A stretch of DNA of 59,342 bases, counting the filler. It is 7 parts of 7 records of this genome, joined end to end, with 100 filler letters (N's around TTAATTAATTAA, not from the genome) between each part and the next. Parts side by side here need not be neighbours in the genome. Positions count along the whole stretch, not along the records: positions 9,914 to 19,262 come from SRR31147125_5895; positions 19,363 to 26,581 come from SRR31147125_5899; 5 more parts are not named here. The stretch is one strand, 5' to 3'. Shown one piece after another: positions 12,253-23,021 of the stretch (position 1 is the stretch's first letter; every line of letters begins with the position of its first letter). The position numbers and the translations under genes are program-made. The notes beneath the pieces were generated by a model, which worked only from the letters and a program-made list of their open reading frames with translations, did no database searches and was not told the origin of the DNA.

Positions 12253-12276
12253 TTTTTTTCCTTTTCACTAAAAAAT

Positions 12277-12372
12277 CACATTTTATTTCTTAAAAAGAAG
12301 AAAATGTGAAAGTTAAATAATGATCAGATCATTCAAAAAGACAACGTCATATGAGAATGGATTCTCACGTTG
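12277..12372. promoter_or_regulatory. Cluster of inverted repeats in a divergent promoter region
   Basis: TCACATTTT..AAAATGTGA (12277-12309), AATGATC-A-GATCATT (12319-12333), TGAGAAT-GG-ATTCTCA (12352-12367). Confidence 0.45.
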
Positions 12373-12551
12373 AAAAATGAATATCTGTTGACCCTACTGT
12401 TTTTCAGTGGCATGACATATCCTAATTTATAAAGATGCGTCAAGAAAAAATAACATTTTGCGTAACTATTGTAATAGAAAATTGTGCGAAAAATAATTCT
12501 CAGTCAGTATTTGTGCCGTATTTAGAATCCGCAGGTTAAATGTAAAAGTGA

Positions 12552-13546
12552 ATGAAAAACGATCGTTGTTTTCAAATAAATTCAAAGTGGTTATCTCCGG
12601 TGCGTCCCGTCTTGACCCATGGAGATAGCGTCGGCATATGTGCTCCATCGGGAGTATTTGATAATGAGCGGTTTCAAAAAGGGATTCGTGTTTTGGAAAA
12701 CATGGGGTTCACCGTTTTTATCCCCCCTGAGGTCTACCATACAAAACGCTATTTGGCTGGAGAAGATTGGGTAAGAGCAGATGTGGTTCATCAATTGTTT
12801 TCAGATCCCACAATAAAAGGAATTTTTGTGCAAGAGGGGGATATGGGGCAATGAGAGTGTTGGAGCATCTTGACTATGGACTGATTGCAAAAAATCCTAA
12901 AGTATTTGTCGGGTTCAGTGATGTAACTGCGCTACTTGTGACCATTTCCCATCGCTCAAAATTTCAAGTTTATCACGGGCCTGTGGTCACTTCGTTGGCT
13001 GACGGCAGTCCTGAAAACATCACTTCCCTATATGATCAAATCACATCCGCCAGGATTGCATTACAACCGCCTTCTGTCCCGGGAAACATGAGGCCTAATG
13101 ATGAAAGATGTTGTGAAACTGCTCGAATTTCCATGAAATTTCCCCATGCCATGTGTTTGAGAGCCGGGCATGGCTTAGGCACATTTATCGGGGGAAATCT
13201 GGCGACCTTATGCCATCTTATTGGAACGGATTTTCAACCGGATTTTAGCAATTCCATTCTTTTTTTAGAAGAAATCAATGAGGCGCCTTATAAAATCGAT
13301 AGAATGTTGTTCCAAATGAAAAAAACAGGGATGCTGAATGGGATTCAAGGTGTCGTTGTTGGGACACTTAAAGATTGCGGTGATGAGAGGCTGATTTATG
13401 AAATCCTTAATGAAATATTTGATTTTTTAAATATACCAATTGTTACTGGTATTCAGGCGGGGCATGATACGGAAAATTTGACATTGCCCATGGGGGGCGT
13501 TGTTAAAATGGACGGCGATCAAAAAAAGCTGGAATGGTTTGCTTGA
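12552..13546 (+). CDS. LD-carboxypeptidase (peptidase S66); one frameshift
   Basis: 'GICAPS', 'YLAGED..RA', 'CARGGYG' (joined at T5 12823-12827), 'GFSDVT', 'GGNL', 'FLEEI', 'GH'. Confidence 0.88.
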
Positions 13547-13605
13547 TGGGAAAATACGTCAAACAATGCAATTGGAAATAGAACCCGGATTAAGGAACTT
13601 GTTGG

Positions 13606-14896
13606 ATGGGGAGTGATGTTAGGGTGGCAATGAATCAGGCGATTGAAGACGGGGTGTTTCCAGGCGCTGTTTTATTGGTTTCAGTAAAAGAGAAAATTTT
13701 GTTTCATGAAGCATTTGGTGTGACGGATTTGCAGCGTAAGAAAAAGGTAACCCGCCACTCTGTATTTGATTTAGCCTCTTTAACCAAGCCCTTGGCTACG
13801 GCACTCTCCGTGATGAAGTTGATTCAAAATGGAAGTCTTTCGCTTCAAACGACGCTTGGTGAGTTATTCCCCAAGTGGTGCGGTCCGGATAAAAAATATT
13901 ACACTGGATCAACTGTTAAGGCATACATCCGGGTTGCCGTCTCATCGGTCATTTTATCTGTCGATTATTGAAAGTAAATCGGGGCTCCCATTTCATAAGA
14001 AGAGTGTTCGGAATATTGAACTAAATGGGGATAAAAATATAATAAATCTCAACCATCCCGGTATGTTCAAAAATTTATCCTCTCAAATGGATCTTGCTCG
14101 GTTAGCGCTCAAAGAACCTTTGATTTATCTGCCCGGCAGCCAACAAGTGTATAGCGATTTGGGGTACATGGTGCTTCGAAAGGTAGTTGAGCATGTTTCC
14201 GGAGAACCTTTTGATAAATATGTGCATGAAGAATTATATACGAAATTGGGGATTTCCGATTTGTTTTTTGTGAATATGAAAACAAACACGCATTTGATGG
14301 GAGACGCGCTTCAGAATACGCCATCGAATGGAGAGCACAATTGTTCAAAGTCAAAGATGGATAGTCATTCACGAGTTCATTTTGTTTCTACGGAAAAGTG
14401 CCATTGGAGAGAGAAGACTCTGAATGGTGAAGTTCATGATGACAATGCCTGGATTGCAGGCGGCGTTGACGGTCATGCCGGTCTCTTCGGGACAGCCCAT
14501 TCCGTCTGGCGTATAACGTCAATATTTCTGAAGATGATGAATTACAACGGATCAAAAGAATATCCTTCTCCGGTGGAAATTGATGCTGATTTCACGTTGA
14601 AGGGGTTTCCGGATCCAACTCTTTTCAATCAGTTTATCGCTGGTGGTGGTGATGGAAGAATGGTTGCCGGATTTGATACCCCTTCTTTGACGGGGGCTTC
14701 CGCAGGTCGTTTTTTTTCTCAAAAAAGTATCGGGCATCTTGGATTTACCGGCACATCATTCTGGATTGATCCAACAAATGAGCTGATTGTCGTTTTGTTG
14801 ACCAATAGAGTGCATCCATGTCGTGATAATACAAAGATAAAAAAATTTAGACCATACCTACATGATTTGATTGTAAAAACACTTTTACGGCACTGA
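13606..14896 (+). CDS. Serine hydrolase, beta-lactamase class C/AmpC-like; one frameshift
   Basis: SxxK 'ASLTK', 'LLRHTSGL', 'YSD', 'GEVHD', 'GHAGLF', 'GHLGFTG'; frames join at A6 13891-13896. Confidence 0.85.
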
Positions 14897-15090
14897 AGTT
14901 GGACGTAGTAAGGCCAGTCCCGGCGAGCTGGTAATCCTTGAAAACCGGAGACTTTGTTCTTGTAAAAAATTGACATTTCTGTTAGCAACTATCCTTTGAT
15001 GATTTATTGAAAAAATCAATTTGTAAGATAATCTCGTGGTGCAATGCGTAAAAAAATACTGGAATATTTCATGGGAAGGGTAGGGTATAG

Positions 15091-16138
<1,048 letters not shown>

Positions 16139-16142
16139 TTTA

Positions 16143-17008
16143 ATGTTTTCCAAAACAACTGCAGTGATGATCGGGGTGGTTCTCTTTGTGACGGCGACAT
16201 TCACCATGTTGACAATCAGCAGTCGAGACGCCCTCCCCGGTAACGCACCCCAGCGTTTGATTATTTCGCTGATTGCGCCTTTTCAATTGCTTGCTGCATC
16301 AACCTACTCAAAATGTGATTCCATCTGGCAGGTTTATTTTGACTCGGCATCCCTTGCCTTGGAATATGGCAAGTTGGAACAAGAACTTGCCGATGCGTTG
16401 GCTGCCCAAAACAGATGCAGGGAGTTAGAACTTGAAAATGCCAGGCTACGACGCTTCCTGGACTACAGCCATGTCTTGGATCAGGCGTTTATTGCCGCCA
16501 AGGTCATTGGGCGGGATCCATCGCCATGGTCAAAGACCATTATGATTGATAAAGGGGGAAAGGATGGATTGATCAAAGGGCTTTCTGTAATGGTTTCGGA
16601 AGGGGTGGTCGGGCAGATTGTTGATCTTTTTGATTCGTATGCGAAAGTGCTTTTGATCACGGATCGTACCAGTGCCGTTGATGCAATTGTTCAAAATTCA
16701 AGGGCAAGGGGGTTGTTGAGGGGAATAACAATGATGGCTGTCTTTTTAAATATGCCTTAAGAAAAGATGACATCCTTCCGGGCGATATTATTATCTCTTC
16801 CGGGTTTGATCAGGTCTTCTCAAAGGGAATGCGGATTGGAGAAGTTACTGAGGTGAAAAAAGAGAATTCCGAACTTTTTCAAACAATTTATCTTAGGACG
16901 TTTGTGGATTTCGATAAGCTTGAAGAGGTACTGGTTGCAAAACCCGGAATGCTATCCCCATTGTCAAAAGAAGATGATAAAAAAAATCATGACACGCAGG
17001 CACAATAG
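16143..17008 (+). CDS. mreC: Rod shape-determining protein MreC; one frameshift
   Basis: 'ELENARLRRFL', 'IDKGGKDG', 'GVVGQI'; one extra G at 16708-16712 extends the frame through 'ISSGFDQVFSKG..DFDKLEEVLV' to TAG 17008. Confidence 0.92.
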
Positions 17009-17068
17009 ATCGTTCGGATCAAAACTCATTGGAAATGCCAAAGAAAGAGTGATGGGTGAAGATAACTC

Positions 17069-17575
17069 ATGGTTAAAACCTTGTTCCACGGGGCCCTCAT
17101 TTTATGTTTTATCGTATTGCAAACTTCTGTTTTCCCCCGTCACGAAATATTGAATGATGGGTTTGACCTGTTGATTATCATTGTGCTGTTTTTCTCTTTG
17201 AATTTTTCCCATCCTGCCCTGTTAGCCATCTGTTTTTTTATGGGATGTTGTATGGATAGCTTTTCCGGAGCACCGTTCGGGCTTTATACTGCAGCCTATT
17301 TATGGATTTTTATCAGTGTTTGGATGCTAAAGCGTTTTGTTCATCCTGGAAATCTTATCTTTCTTCCTCTCATCAGCGGTGCAGCGGTAAGTTTGGAAAA
17401 TGCATTTCTTTTTTTCTCATTTTTTGTGAGGCATGGGAGCAGCGCACTTTCGTTGTCAGATATTGTCTTTGCAGGGTACCAGGCGTTATGGGCATTTGTT
17501 TTGATTCCTGTGGCAATTATGTTTGTCGAATGGCTCCATTCAAGATGTGATAAGCTGGATGCTGGATTGCTATGA
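17069..17575 (+). CDS. mreD: Rod shape-determining protein MreD
   Basis: Hydrophobic protein with 'MDSFSGAPFGLY', located between mreC and mrdA. Confidence 0.85.
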   Translation: MVKTLFHGALILCFIVLQTSVFPRHEILNDGFDLLIIIVLFFSLNFSHPALLAICFFMGCCMDSFSGAPFGLYTAAYLWIFISVWMLKRFVHPGNLIFLPLISGAAVSLENAFLFFSFFVRHGSSALSLSDIVFAGYQALWAFVLIPVAIMFVEWLHSRCDKLDAGLL

Positions 17576-19262
17576 AGAGCCCGGATCGGGAGTGGCTGAA
17601 AAAAGACTCGGTATGGCCGCCCTTCTCATGATGGTTGCGTTTTCTCTTCTATTGTTTCGCATTGTGTTTCTTCAGATTGTCGAAGGGGAAAACTATCGAA
17701 GGTTATCGGAAAATAATTGTATTCGTCTTCAAAGCGTTCCTGCCGCCCGTGGAATGATTTATGATCGTAATGGCACGCTTCTTGTCGATAATCGCCCATC
17801 TTTTGATCTGAAAATTACTTTGAGGGATGCTGTGCCTCTTTCAGGGACACTTCAGAAGGTGTCCCAATTGACAGGCATTCCCCTTGAAGAATTAAATCAA
17901 AAGGTTGCGGGGGAAAAAAAGTCAATATATAAACCGGTTCTTTTAAAGAAAAATATCACTCGGGATCAACTTGCAGTTGTGAAATCTAGAGGGTTTGATC
18001 TGCCGGGAGTGGCTGTGGATGTTGAACCCCGCAGGAATTATATCTATAAACAAAATGCCGCCCATGTCATTGGATATCTCGGAGAAATCAACGAAAAAGA
18101 GCTGAAAAGCGGGCGGTACCCAAACGTTAAATCCGGAGACTCCATTGGGAAATATGGTGCCGAGAAATCTTTTGAAGATGTTTTAAGAGGCAAACGTGGT
18201 GGTCGTCAAATTGAAGTTGATGCAAAAGGAAGATTGGTTAGAATCCTGAAAACGGTTGATTCTATTCCGGGAAAAAACATCTATCTGACCATTGACTTAT
18301 CCCTTCAGCAAAGATGTGAATCTCTTCTAAAAGAAAAGGCAGGGGCCGTTGTTGCCATCGATCCTTCTTCCGGGGAGGTTCTTGCCATGGCCAGCGCCCC
18401 AACCTTTGACCTCAATGATTTTATAGGGGGAATATCTGTTCCAAAGTGGAAGGCACTGATCGAAAATCCGGATCGCCCCATGTCCAATAAAGCCATTCAG
18501 GGGGAATATCCGCCTGCGTCAACGTATAAAATGGTCACGGCCATTGCAGCGCTGGAGGAAGGTGTTGCGACCCGTCATACTAAATATTTTTGCCCGGGAC
18601 ATTATAAATACGGGAATCGGGTTTATCGCTGCTGGAAAAAGTGGGGGCATGGCAATATGGATGTGCTGGGGGCCATTGAAAACTCATGTGATGTCTATTT
18701 TTATCGGATCGGTGAAGCGTTGGGGGTAGATACTTTGGCCCAATACGCATTTGGGTGCGGTCTTGGAAAACGAACCGGTATTGATCTTTCCAATGAAAGA
18801 CCGGGGCACATCCCGACGGCGGCATGGAAAAAGAAGATACGGCCGGTCTTGGCAGGGAGGGGAGACCCTCTCCATAGCCATCGGTCAAGGGTTTAATCTT
18901 GTAACGCCTTTGCAGATGGCGGTTTTTGTTGCTGCCATTGGAAATGGAGGGACGCTTTATCGCCCAAGAATATTGAAATCCACACAGATTTATAATGAAA
19001 AAGATGAATTTGTGACTCAGAAACCGGAGATAATCGGTGGGCTCCCTGCGTCAAAATCAACAATGGCCATAATTCGGAAGGGGATGCTCAATGTGGTCGG
19101 TGGAAGACGTGGAACTGCCAGACGTATTCGAATAAAGGGTGTGGAGATGGCCGGAAAGACAGGAACTGCACAGGTGTTCAGCCTGAAAAAGAAGGATCGG
19201 GAAAGTAAAAAGCGGCTGGATTATCGACTGAGGGATCATGCCTGGTTTGTCTGTTATGCGCC
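17572..19262 (+). CDS. mrdA: Penicillin-binding protein 2, 3'-truncated; two frameshifts
   Basis: ATGA overlap with mreD; 'RGMIYDRNG', SxxK 'ASTYK', 'SCDVYFY', 'KTGTAQ', 'DHAWF'; slips at A runs 17599-17604 and 18828-18832. Confidence 0.93.
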
Positions 19263-19362
19263 NNNNNNNNNNNNNNNNNNNNNNNNNNNNNNNNNNNNNN
19301 NNNNNNTTAATTAATTAANNNNNNNNNNNNNNNNNNNNNNNNNNNNNNNNNNNNNNNNNNNN
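19263..19362. other. Artificial contig spacer
   Basis: N44-TTAATTAATTAA-N44. Confidence 0.99.
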
Positions 19363-19580
19363 TTTTTCTTATCTTAAAAATACAACAACGTTTGCCATCT
19401 TCGACTTTATGGCTTATATTTCCAGTGGTCCTCATGAGAAATCAGAGCACCTGAATTCTGGCTTGCGGCACATGTAAGAATGAGAGCAGCCTCATAATCA
19501 CTGACAAAAGATCCGATCTTATTCACCAGGGCAGACGAGCGGGAGTCGTTCAACTGCTTTGCGATACAGGGTTTTAGTGG

Positions 19581-21725
19581 ATGAAGCCAAGTTTTAAATA
19601 CTGGATTTTCCTGGCAGCTATTTACTTCGCCGTTGTCAGCATCATGATTGCCTGCCTGATCGGCTCCTGGGCCAGCCTCAACGAGGCACAACAAACGGCA
19701 CTGTCAGCCATGCTGAACAAACTTGTTCCATTTCCACTGCTCGGAACAATCACCATCCTGTTTATCATCGGTGCCCTGGTCAACCTGCTCTTCAATGATT
19801 ACATCATCCCGGTTCTCAAGCTTGCAGAGAGCGCGCGGATTATCAACTCCGCAAACCCCGACCACCGGGTTCAACTCAAAAGTGCCTCAAAAGAGATCCA
19901 ATACCTGTCTGAAATCATCAATCAGTCGGCCGATTCCTTTGCCGAACTACAGCAGGATGTCGCGGGTAAAATAGCGGTTGCACAGGCAACCCTGAATGAA
20001 GAGAGAACCCGGCTGGCAGCGCTGATGTCAGAGCTTCCTCACGGGGTCATCGTCTGCAACACCGACGGACAGATCCTCCTCTACAATCAGCAGGCACAGG
20101 AATTATTCAAAGAAAACCCTCAATCGGCAGAGAAAGGGTTGCTCGGCCTCGGGCGCTCCATCTTCAGCATTCTGGATCGCGACCCGATCGTTCATGGCCT
20201 TGAGATGCTCCACAAATGTCACGCATCCGGACGTACCAAGCTGGTTAATCATTCGATGATGACTCTGCACACTGGGCACTCTCTCCACGTCAATATGGCC
20301 CCGTTTTTTGTCGAGCAGGATAAAGAAAAAGTGATTTCCGGTGTGGTTCTGACACTGGAGGACATGACCCATCAGATTGAAAGCGAAAGCCGCCGGGATG
20401 AGCTGATTCAAGCGTTGATCGACAATCAGCAGAAGGATCTGGAGGAGATCAGAGTCTCGATCACCAATATTCTCGGCCGCCCGGAACTGGATGCCGAAGA
20501 GTTGCATGCCTTCAGAAAGAAGATCGACAACGCCTCCCTGTCACTCGAACAGAAAGTTAAGGATGCCAGAGCCAACTACACGCTCCATCAGCACGCTCTG
20601 ATCAAAACAGAAAATGTTCTCGCCGACAACCTGCTGGACATCATCAAAAAGAACGTCAAAGAACGTTTTGCCTTCAAAGCCTCTGTCCTGGCCCAACCCG
20701 GAGTCTGGCTGCAACTTGACAGCTACTCCATGGTTCAGGCGCTCCTGCACCTGGCCGGCCTGTTAAAAACTCAGACAGACACAACAGAACTGCTGATGAC
20801 CATCACCAGCACCGACGATCATCAGACTGAATTTGCAGTGGCCTGGCCCGAGTCGGTTGCAGACCAGGAGCTGATCGAAACCTGGCAATCGACGCCTCTG
20901 ATTACCGACAACAAAGGTAACCTGCTGAATTTCAAAGATACGGTTGACAGTCTTTCCGGACAGATCTCCCTGCTGCAGAATGAAGACAATCAGTGCACGG
21001 GTGTGCTGATGGTCTTCCCGCCAATGGATCAGGACCGCAGGCTCGCTGTCCAGAACACCGTCGAACACCGACCGGTTTCCTACGAGTTCGACCTGTTTAA
21101 CCGTGATAACTTAAGAGAGTTGGCTGAAATGCCACTCAACAAACTGACCTATGTCGTTTTCGACACGGAAACAACGGGACTGAACCCCTCACAGGGTGAT
21201 GAAATCATCCAGATTGGCGCCATTCGGATCGTCAACGGCCAGATCCTCTACCATGAGGTGATCGATCAACTGGTCGATCCGAAGCGTTTTGTACCACCGG
21301 AATCGGTCGCCATTCACGGCATTGAACCGGCTCTTCTCAAAGGGCAGCCAACCATCGATCAGGTTCTGCCGCACTTTTACAAGTTCGCTGATAATTCCGC
21401 TCTTGTTGCTCACAACGCGGCCTTCGACATGCGCTTCCTTGAGCTTCAGGAAGAGAAGACCGGTCTGGTTTTCAAAAACCCGGTTCTCGACACACTCCTT
21501 CTGTCATCTATCGTCCACCCGAACCAGGACTCCCACTCGCTGGAAGGTCTTGCGGAGCGTCTCAACGTGACCATTGTCGGCCGCCACACGGCTCTGGGCG
21601 ACGCGATCGTCACCGCTGAAGTTCTGGTCAAGCTCTTTCCACTGCTCGAAGCGCACGAGATTTACACCCTGGGCGATGCCCTGGAGGCGTCAGCTCAGTC
21701 GCCCTTTGCCAAGGTCGCCTACTAA
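19581..21725 (+). CDS. Membrane-anchored HAMP/PAS protein with C-terminal DEDDh 3'-5' exonuclease (DnaQ-like) domain
   Basis: Two N-terminal TMs, HAMP-like linker, PAS 'GVIVCNTDGQILLYN'; Exo motifs 'VFDTETTG', 'VAHNAAFD', 'HTALGDA'. Confidence 0.85.
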   Translation: MKPSFKYWIFLAAIYFAVVSIMIACLIGSWASLNEAQQTALSAMLNKLVPFPLLGTITILFIIGALVNLLFNDYIIPVLKLAESARIINSANPDHRVQLKSASKEIQYLSEIINQSADSFAELQQDVAGKIAVAQATLNEERTRLAALMSELPHGVIVCNTDGQILLYNQQAQELFKENPQSAEKGLLGLGRSIFSILDRDPIVHGLEMLHKCHASGRTKLVNHSMMTLHTGHSLHVNMAPFFVEQDKEKVISGVVLTLEDMTHQIESESRRDELIQALIDNQQKDLEEIRVSITNILGRPELDAEELHAFRKKIDNASLSLEQKVKDARANYTLHQHALIKTENVLADNLLDIIKKNVKERFAFKASVLAQPGVWLQLDSYSMVQALLHLAGLLKTQTDTTELLMTITSTDDHQTEFAVAWPESVADQELIETWQSTPLITDNKGNLLNFKDTVDSLSGQISLLQNEDNQCTGVLMVFPPMDQDRRLAVQNTVEHRPVSYEFDLFNRDNLRELAEMPLNKLTYVVFDTETTGLNPSQGDEIIQIGAIRIVNGQILYHEVIDQLVDPKRFVPPESVAIHGIEPALLKGQPTIDQVLPHFYKFADNSALVAHNAAFDMRFLELQEEKTGLVFKNPVLDTLLLSSIVHPNQDSHSLEGLAERLNVTIVGRHTALGDAIVTAEVLVKLFPLLEAHEIYTLGDALEASAQSPFAKVAY

Positions 21726-21776
21726 CCCCCCTGCTCCAATCAGAACAGACACAAAAACTGGAATAAAAGCTGGGAA

Positions 21777-21947
21777 TTAACGCCGGAAGAAGCGGAACAG
21801 GAAGGGAAACTTGCGTTTCAGGGATTGAATTGTGCCGTGAAGCCGCCCCAGTTCACGAGCAGCGCCAGGAACACGCTTCAGCCCGAACAGGCCGACAAAC
21901 AGGAGTGCCAGAAGCCCCAGCTCGAGAGGACCGAGACCAAACATCAT
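21777..21947 (-). CDS. tatA: TatA/TatE-family twin-arginine translocase subunit (56 aa, not in the ORF track)
   Basis: [58 protein letters not shown] helix, FG hinge and amphipathic helix; ATGA overlap with the selD stop. Confidence 0.7.
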   Translation of the reverse strand: MMFGLGPLELGLLALLFVGLFGLKRVPGAARELGRLHGTIQSLKRKFPFLFRFFRR

Positions 21948-22983
21948 TGCTTTTCAAGGGTGACGGTTCCACACACGCCGTCAACCACCTCGCCCACCTG
22001 ATGAATCGGGACCTGCCTGAGGGTGAACTCGTCTTCAAGTCTGGACGCATCTTCCTCTGCGACAGAAATCAATAGACCTCCAGACGTCTGCGGATCGCTG
22101 AGAAGATCCAGCATCAGCGAATCACACTGAGCAGCATTCAACAGGCGTGAGAGATAATAATCCCGGTTGCGGTGTGCCCCGACAGGGACCAGCCCCATCT
22201 CAGCCATCTCCACCGCCCGGTCATAAACCGGGAGACCATCAGAGAAGAATCGCATCGCAACCTGGCTGGCATCAGCCATCTCCGAGGCATGTCCAAGCAG
22301 ACCGAACCCGGTGATGTCGGTACATGCGGAGGCACCGGCGGCAAGCATCGCCTCAGCAGCCTCTTTGTTGAGCTGCTTCATCCCTTCGATCGCAGCGGCC
22401 ATCTCATCCTCGGTGAGCAGCTCCCCCTTCAAAGCGGTTGTCAGCAAACCGGTCCCCAGAGGTTTTGTCAGATACAACCGATCTCCCGGTCGGCAGCCAC
22501 AGGTTGTCACCATCTTGTCAATCTCGACAAGGCCCGTGACGCTGAGCCCATATTTCGGCTCATCATCTTCAATCGAATGCCCGCCGGCCATGACAGCTCC
22601 AGACGCGTGAATCCGTTCAGATCCCCCTGGAGGATCTTGACCAGGACCTCTGGATCGAGACAATTGATCGGGAACGACACCACGTTCATGGCGGTGATCG
22701 GACGCGCCCCCAGAGCGTAGACATCGGAGAGGGAATTGGCTGCGGCGATCTGCCCGTAACTGTAGGGATCGTTCACCACCGGAGTAAAAAAATCGACCGA
22801 TTGAACGAGGGCCTGCGTCTCGCTGATCCGATAAACCGCGGCATCAGCAAAAGGAATTTCCTGGGATAACAGATCGGGGTGATCACTCTGTGGAAGCTGA
22901 CTCAGAACCTGAGCCAGGGTCTCGGGACCTATTTTGGCCGCTCACCCCGAGCTTCGCGAAAGAGATGTCAATCGAACACTCAT
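21944..22983 (-). CDS. selD: Selenide,water dikinase SelD, itself a selenoprotein (UGA at codon 14); one frameshift
   Basis: ATG 22983 gives [20 protein letters not shown]; '[12 protein letters not shown]', 'AANSLSDVY', 'GGHSIED', '[11 protein letters not shown]', 'DPQTSGGLL'; slip at C5 22623-22627. Confidence 0.93.
22913..22938 (-). promoter_or_regulatory. Putative bacterial SECIS element
   Basis: 3 nt after the UGA: GCCA-AAATA-GGTC-CCGA-GACC-C-TGGC stem-loop. Confidence 0.6.
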
Positions 22984-23021
22984 TGTTTCTCCACGGAAAG
23001 GGTTACCATGTCACCCTGCAT

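Noticed and set aside
14918-14952. Imperfect hairpin upstream of mreB as SRP RNA or a riboswitch
   Set aside because: Too short and lacks the SRP GGAA tetraloop/domain IV or any aptamer consensus I can recognise; at most terminator-like
19581-21725. Assigning dnaQ (replicative Pol III epsilon)
   Set aside because: The membrane anchor and HAMP/PAS region are incompatible with the core proofreading subunit
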